Source of the DNA: a virus
Taxonomy: Duplodnaviria > Heunggongvirae > Uroviricota > Caudoviricetes
Strand: one strand, 5' to 3'
Length of the DNA stretch: 11,120 nucleotides
IMG/VR virus record: IMGVR_UViG_2675903255_000012
Shown here: positions 7,441 to 11,120 of the stretch, one piece after another
Layout: each line of letters starts with the position of its first letter
Position numbering within the stretch: the stretch's first letter is position 1
Program-made: the position numbers and the translations under genes
The notes under the pieces: generated by a model
The model's database searches: none
Told to the model about the DNA's origin: nothing
Seen by the model: only the letters and a program-made list of their open reading frames with translations

Positions 7441-8193
7441 ATGAACTTTGAAGCCTTACCGAAATATTACTCCCCAAAATCTCCAAAATTGAGCGATGAC
7501 GCACCGGCGACAGGCTCTGGTGGTTTAACAATTACGGATGTAATGGCTGCGCAGGGGATGGTGCAGTCGAAAGCACCGCTTGGGTTTGCCTTATTCCTGG
7601 CAAAAGTTGGTGTTCAGGATCCTCAGTTTGCGATTGAAGGTCTGCTCAATTACGCGATGGCACTGGATAACCCGACATTGAACAAATTGAGTGAAGAAAC
7701 CCGGCTACAGATCATTCCTTACCTTGTGAATTTTGCCTTTGCTGATTATTCCAGGTCTGCGGCAAGTAAGGCTCGCTGTGAGCATTGTGCTGGTACTGGA
7801 TTTCATGATGTATTGCGCGAGGTGGTGAAACACTCCAGAAGCGGGGAATCTGTTATCAAGGAAGAGTGGGTGAAGGAACTGTGTCAGCATTGTCATGGTA
7901 AGGGAGAAGTCAGCACAGCGTGCAGAGGGTGTAAGGGTAAAGGTATTGTCCTGGATGAAAAAAGAACCAGGCTTCATGGCACGCCTGTTTATAAGGTTTG
8001 TGGGCGTTGCAATGGAAACCGGTTTAGCCGTTTACCAACCACACTGGCGCGGCTTCATGTCCAGAAGCTGGTACCAGACCTGACGGATTATCAGTGGTAC
8101 AAAGGATATGCAGATGTCATTGATAAACTGGTTACAAAGTGCTGGCAGGAAGAAGCGTATGCTGAGACACAATTGAGGAAAGTGACGAGATGA
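7441..8193 (+). CDS. Late-gene antitermination protein Q (phage 82/Qin QuuQ-like)
   Basis: 250 aa with Cys-rich zinc-binding motifs (CEHCAGTG…CQHCHGKGE…CRGCKGKG…CGRCNGN); followed within 60 bp by a strong promoter and a short-transcript terminator, the pR'/tR' arrangement. Confidence 0.8.
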   Translation: MNFEALPKYYSPKSPKLSDDAPATGSGGLTITDVMAAQGMVQSKAPLGFALFLAKVGVQDPQFAIEGLLNYAMALDNPTLNKLSEETRLQIIPYLVNFAFADYSRSAASKARCEHCAGTGFHDVLREVVKHSRSGESVIKEEWVKELCQHCHGKGEVSTACRGCKGKGIVLDEKRTRLHGTPVYKVCGRCNGNRFSRLPTTLARLHVQKLVPDLTDYQWYKGYADVIDKLVTKCWQEEAYAETQLRKVTR

Positions 8194-8224
8194 ATGATTT
8201 TCGACGAAAATGGCGACATGATGC

Positions 8225-8253
8225 TTGCATTTTTCAAAAAAAATGGATAATAT
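8225..8253 (+). promoter_or_regulatory. Late promoter pR'-like (TTGCAT-N17-TAATAT), presumed site of Q engagement
   Basis: Near-consensus sigma70 hexamers with 17-bp spacer, just downstream of Q and upstream of a terminator. Confidence 0.6.
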
Positions 8254-8301
8254 TTTCTCAATGATAGGCATTGTGTGTCCGGCTTTAATAAAAAGTAGAA
8301 A

Positions 8302-8327
8302 ACCCGCTGATGTGCGGGTTTTTTTTC
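8302..8327 (+). terminator. tR'-like rho-independent terminator
   Basis: ACCCGC-TGATGT-GCGGGT hairpin followed by an 8-T run. Confidence 0.75.
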
Positions 8328-8347
8328 GGAATTTTAGATGTGTGGCA

Positions 8348-8377
8348 TTGAAATGGTATTCGGCGAGTAGGTAGAAT
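8348..8377 (+). promoter_or_regulatory. Candidate autonomous promoter of the cargo cassette (TTGAAA-N18-TAGAAT)
   Basis: Sigma70-like hexamers located between tR' and the cargo ORF. Confidence 0.45.
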
Positions 8378-8404
8378 TTAAACTTTCGTCTCGTCTGGAT
8401 CGAC

Positions 8405-8947
8405 ATGATGTTTCAAGCCTTCCAAACAGCAGTATTTAAAAATGTTGCAGAGTATTTAAAAGGGCGCTTCCCTCATAAGTCGTTAGGGCTCGTATATGCC
8501 GACGAGCTGGTACTAAAAGATATGGAGTTCCTCAAGGCTAACAATAAACTGCGGTGGGATCCCGGACTAAAGTCGCGAGTGTTTATGGATATGATGGAAG
8601 AACACCCGATAAAACTAGTTGTTTATTATCGTGGGGAGCCTATTGGATTTGCATTTGGGTGTTACTGTAAGCCGAAAAATGCGGTGCATATTTGCTGGAT
8701 GGAAAAACGTAATGATGCACATGAAGACCTAGACCATCAGATGCTTGGTATCGTTTTGGATTGCTTCTCTGCATATGCACGATTTCTGAACCTTCAGGGT
8801 GAATCTATTGATTCGATAGCTTTAGTTAGTCCAGTTGATGGGGCAATAAGATACTATACTGAAAGTGGTTTTGAGTACATTGCTGATTACGAACGAGGTG
8901 GTTGCGCAATGGTGCTTAGGAGCGTTTTACCTAACCAATCAGTGTGA
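8405..8947 (+). CDS. Cargo (moron) protein, 180 aa, GNAT-fold-like putative acyltransferase; function unknown
   Basis: AT-rich with atypical codon usage compared with flanking phage genes; C-terminal region resembles the GNAT motif (…SIALVSPVDGAIRYYTESGFEYIADYE…) and β-strand-like KLVVYYRGEPIGFAFG, but the canonical R/Q-x-x-G-x-G/A acetyl-CoA motif is not evident. Confidence 0.45.
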   Translation: MMFQAFQTAVFKNVAEYLKGRFPHKSLGLVYADELVLKDMEFLKANNKLRWDPGLKSRVFMDMMEEHPIKLVVYYRGEPIGFAFGCYCKPKNAVHICWMEKRNDAHEDLDHQMLGIVLDCFSAYARFLNLQGESIDSIALVSPVDGAIRYYTESGFEYIADYERGGCAMVLRSVLPNQSV

Positions 8948-9138
8948 GTTAGATTCTTAATTTCTCCAGAATCATTACAAAAGTATTGAAAACCTCTTTT
9001 AGTTGATGCAATCTGGATCCACACAAAGCACACACAAAATGTACTACGCTTTACTTTATACATCTTCAGGTAACAAACTTTGTTGCCTTTATGCTTCAAA
9101 GAAGCAACTACAGCTTAGTGCTGAACAAGGGGATTTTT

Positions 9139-9324
9139 ATGAAACATCATGAGCAGATAGAGATTGAGGCAGCTAAAGTCGTCGCCGAACTCTTTGCTGG
9201 CAATGCATCTCCAATGGAAACCTTTGGTATTACATGGAGTCAAACTCAGATGTTAGAGCGTAAGAATCCTGGTGTAGTGATCAAACTAGTACCGGATGAC
9301 GGTAAAAAACTTGCGTATTGCTGA
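9139..9324 (+). CDS. Small cargo protein (61 aa), hypothetical; candidate partner of the 8405-8947 gene
   Basis: AAGGGGA SD 5 nt upstream of the ATG; AT-rich; followed by a terminator; same orientation and same cassette as the GNAT-like ORF. Confidence 0.4.
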   Translation: MKHHEQIEIEAAKVVAELFAGNASPMETFGITWSQTQMLERKNPGVVIKLVPDDGKKLAYC

Positions 9325-9383
9325 TAATTTTTAAAGATTTTTTCAGCTAGAGAATCGATTATTTTACTATAAATCGCGAAGGA

Positions 9384-9410
9384 GCCCCACATATTGTGGG
9401 GCTTTTTGTT
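9384..9410 (+). terminator. Rho-independent terminator closing the cargo cassette
   Basis: GCCCCACA-TAT-TGTGGGGC hairpin followed by TTTTTGTTT. Confidence 0.7.
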
Positions 9411-9581
9411 TCATCTTAGTTAGCCGTTATTCACATTCACTACTTTGCTACTTATCCACTGTAAAAATAAATTGTGAATTATTTTGTGGCTTATTGTTAG
9501 TGTTCTATCAATTTTGTGTGTGATATTCCATTGGCGTGGTTATTATCTGTGCATCGCACTTAAATGTATAAAGCTCACTAG

Positions 9582-9956
9582 TTGAGACAATCCTACCACC
9601 AGTTGGTGGTATCTCATGATTCACTGAATTGCAAATCTTCTGAATTGCTGGATGAGTTTAAATCTCACCGGCGCTATTTCTCCGTATCAGTCTCCGTGCC
9701 TTATACCGATGTCAGGACGCATAAGCCCGTTCAGTTCTACCCGGGTAAACATCCGTGCGAGAAACCGGCGGATATGCTCAGGCAAATAATCAATGCCAGT
9801 AGTCGACCTGGTGATCTGGTTGCTGATTTCTTTATGGGATTCGGTTCCACAATAAAAGCAGCAATGGCGCTGGGGCGTCGGGCGTTAGGTGTTTAACTTG
9901 AGTCAGAGCGGTTTAATCAGACGGTGAAAGAGGTAAGTGAACTGGTGGGGAAATAA
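9582..9956 (+). pseudogene. 3' remnant of an N6/N4 DNA methyltransferase gene (C-terminal motifs only), interrupted by an in-frame TAA at 9894
   Basis: …GKHPCEKPADMLRQIINASSRPGDLVADFFMGFGSTIKAAMALGRRALGV carries the HP-x-x-KP and FxGxG AdoMet-binding motifs that sit at the C-terminus of beta-class MTases; no DPPY-type N-terminal half upstream (AT-rich non-coding DNA). The frame continues protein-like after the TAA (LESERFNQTVKEVSELVGK). Confidence 0.55.
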
Positions 9957-10032
9957 TTCTGGTGGCCACGTTGCGTGGCCTTTTTATTTCCAACACAGCA
10001 CCCGCAAATATCGCGAGGTGAGAGATGACGAA

Positions 10033-10368
10033 ATGCCTCATAACCCAAATACCTGGCCGGACTGGCTGGAGTTGTTTCAGAGCTGGTGGCGTGGAGACAC
10101 ACCGCTGGGTGCAGTGATTATGTCGATCGTTATGGCTGGTTTGCGCATCGCCTATTTTGGCGGTGGTGGTGGCTGGAAGCGAAAAACGCTCGAGATTTTG
10201 CTATGTGGCGCTCTGACGCTGACCTTTGCATCCGCTCTTGAGTATGTCGGATGGCCTAAATCACTTTCTGTTGCCATTGGTGGTGGGGTGGGGCTGATCG
10301 GTGTCGATGCTATTCGTGGGGCTGCAATGCGAGTAATCGGTAACAAATTTGGTGGCTCTAAGGAGTAA
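10033..10368 (+). CDS. S: Class I holin (lambda S family); start codon tentative
   Basis: Three hydrophobic segments and a charged C-terminus, alignable by eye to lambda S (GAVIMSIVMAGLRIAYFGGGG versus GAILAFAMAYLRGRYNGG); immediately upstream of R. Confidence 0.7.
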   Translation: MPHNPNTWPDWLELFQSWWRGDTPLGAVIMSIVMAGLRIAYFGGGGGWKRKTLEILLCGALTLTFASALEYVGWPKSLSVAIGGGVGLIGVDAIRGAAMRVIGNKFGGSKE

Positions 10369-10371
10369 TTT

Positions 10372-10848
10372 ATGCAGGTACTAAATTCCCAGCGTAAAGC
10401 TTTCCTTGATATGGTGGCTTGGTCAGAAGGAACGGATAACGGACGACAACCGACACGTAACCACGGTTATGACGTTATTGTCGGTGGTGAACTCTTCACT
10501 GATTACTCCGATCACCCTCGCAAACTTGTCACGCTAAACCCCAAACTCAAATCAACAGCCGCCGGACGTTACCAGCTTCTTTCACGTTGGTGGGATGCTT
10601 ACCGTAAACAGCTTGGTTTGAAAGACTTCTCCCCCAAAAGCCAGGACGCTGTGGCATTGCAGCAGATTAAAGAACGTGGCGCTTTACCGATGATTGATCG
10701 TGGTGATATTCGTCAGGCTATCGACCGTTGCAGCAATATCTGGGCTTCGTTGCCGGGCGCTGGTTACGGTCAGTTCGAGCATAAGGCTGACAGCCTGATT
10801 GCAAAATTCAAAGAAGCAGGCGGAACGGTCAGAGAGATTGAGGTATGA
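10372..10848 (+). CDS. R: Endolysin R (lambda-type lytic transglycosylase)
   Basis: 158 aa, near-identical to the lambda R sequence as I remember it (…[57 protein letters not shown]…). Confidence 0.93.
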   Translation: MQVLNSQRKAFLDMVAWSEGTDNGRQPTRNHGYDVIVGGELFTDYSDHPRKLVTLNPKLKSTAAGRYQLLSRWWDAYRKQLGLKDFSPKSQDAVALQQIKERGALPMIDRGDIRQAIDRCSNIWASLPGAGYGQFEHKADSLIAKFKEAGGTVREIEV

Positions 10849-11120
10849 GCAGAGTAACCGCGATTATTTCCGCTCTGGTTATCTGCATCATCGTTTGCTT
10901 GTCATGGGCTGTTAATCATTACCGCGATAACGCCATTACCTACAAAGCCCAGCGCGACAAAAATGCCAGAGAACTGAAGCTGGCGAACTCGACAATTACT
11001 GACATGCAGATGCGTCAGCGTGATGTTGCTGCGCTCGATGCAAAATACACGAAGGAGTTAGCTGATGCGAAAGCTGAAAATGATGCTCTGCGTGATGATG
11101 TTGCCGCTGGTCGTCGTCGG
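10845..11120 (+). CDS. Rz: i-spanin Rz (3' end beyond window)
   Basis: [48 protein letters not shown]…, near-identical to lambda Rz from memory; ATGA overlap with the R stop. Confidence 0.93.
   Translation, partial: MSRVTAIISALVICIIVCLSWAVNHYRDNAITYKAQRDKNARELKLANSTITDMQMRQRDVAALDAKYTKELADAKAENDALRDDVAAGRRR
11065..11120 (+). CDS. Rz1: o-spanin Rz1, embedded in the +1 frame of Rz (partial)
   Basis: AAGGAG SD then ATG; translation [18 protein letters not shown]… matches the lambda Rz1 lipoprotein signal peptide. Confidence 0.8.
   Translation, partial: MRKLKMMLCVMMLPLVVV

Noticed and set aside
8405-9324. Calling the cargo pair a type II toxin-antitoxin system of the GNAT-toxin class
   Set aside because: Known GNAT toxin systems I recall have the small antitoxin upstream of the toxin; here the small ORF is downstream and separated by about 190 bp. 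Kept as one hypothesis in the findings rather than an annotation.
9410-9580. AT-rich non-coding stretch checked for a tRNA gene (tRNAs are common between Q and S in related phages)
   Set aside because: No acceptor-stem or T-loop (GTTCRANYC) pattern could be recognised by eye; a tRNA scan would be needed to exclude it formally.
9937-10032. GTG-initiated N-terminal extension of the holin (MNWWGNNSGG…)
   Set aside because: The extension lacks holin-like features and follows directly from the read-through of the methylase remnant frame; the ATG at 10033 with an upstream GAGGTGA is a more plausible start, though still uncertain.

Overview
The window is the immunity-to-lysis arm of a mosaic lambdoid prophage from an enterobacterial (E. 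coli-like) host, read without any database search. Left to right: a 5'-truncated IS3-family transposase remnant; an ORF-less ~300 bp stretch with two copies of a 15-bp operator motif (OL/pL-like); a leftward cI repressor (HTH plus S24 LexA-like peptidase); divergent cro; a CII-like regulator; an ambiguous pair of overlapping small ORFs; an O-like replication initiator with an iteron array inside its coding sequence; a PerC-like regulator; a Dam-family orphan N6-adenine methyltransferase; a LexA DNA-binding-domain-only protein; RusA; a KilA-N protein; a DUF968-like protein with a Cys/His motif; antiterminator Q followed by a pR'-like promoter and tR'-like terminator; then an AT-rich two-gene cargo cassette with its own promoter and terminator; a 3' remnant of a DNA methyltransferase gene; and a lambda-type lysis cassette (holin, endolysin R, Rz with embedded Rz1) running off the window end. 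The best candidate for an undescribed system is the Q-to-S cargo cassette (8348-9410): a 180-aa GNAT-like protein plus a 61-aa partner, in the slot where Stx toxin genes and other morons sit in related phages. Other points worth a second look are the operator motif shared between the cI-cro region and the region 3' of cI, the pL-like promoter reading into ORF-less DNA that abuts the IS remnant, a possible frameshift between the CII-like and O-like genes, and the uncleavable LexA-like protein. All family assignments rest on motifs recognised by eye and on remembered lambda sequences; none has been confirmed by search.
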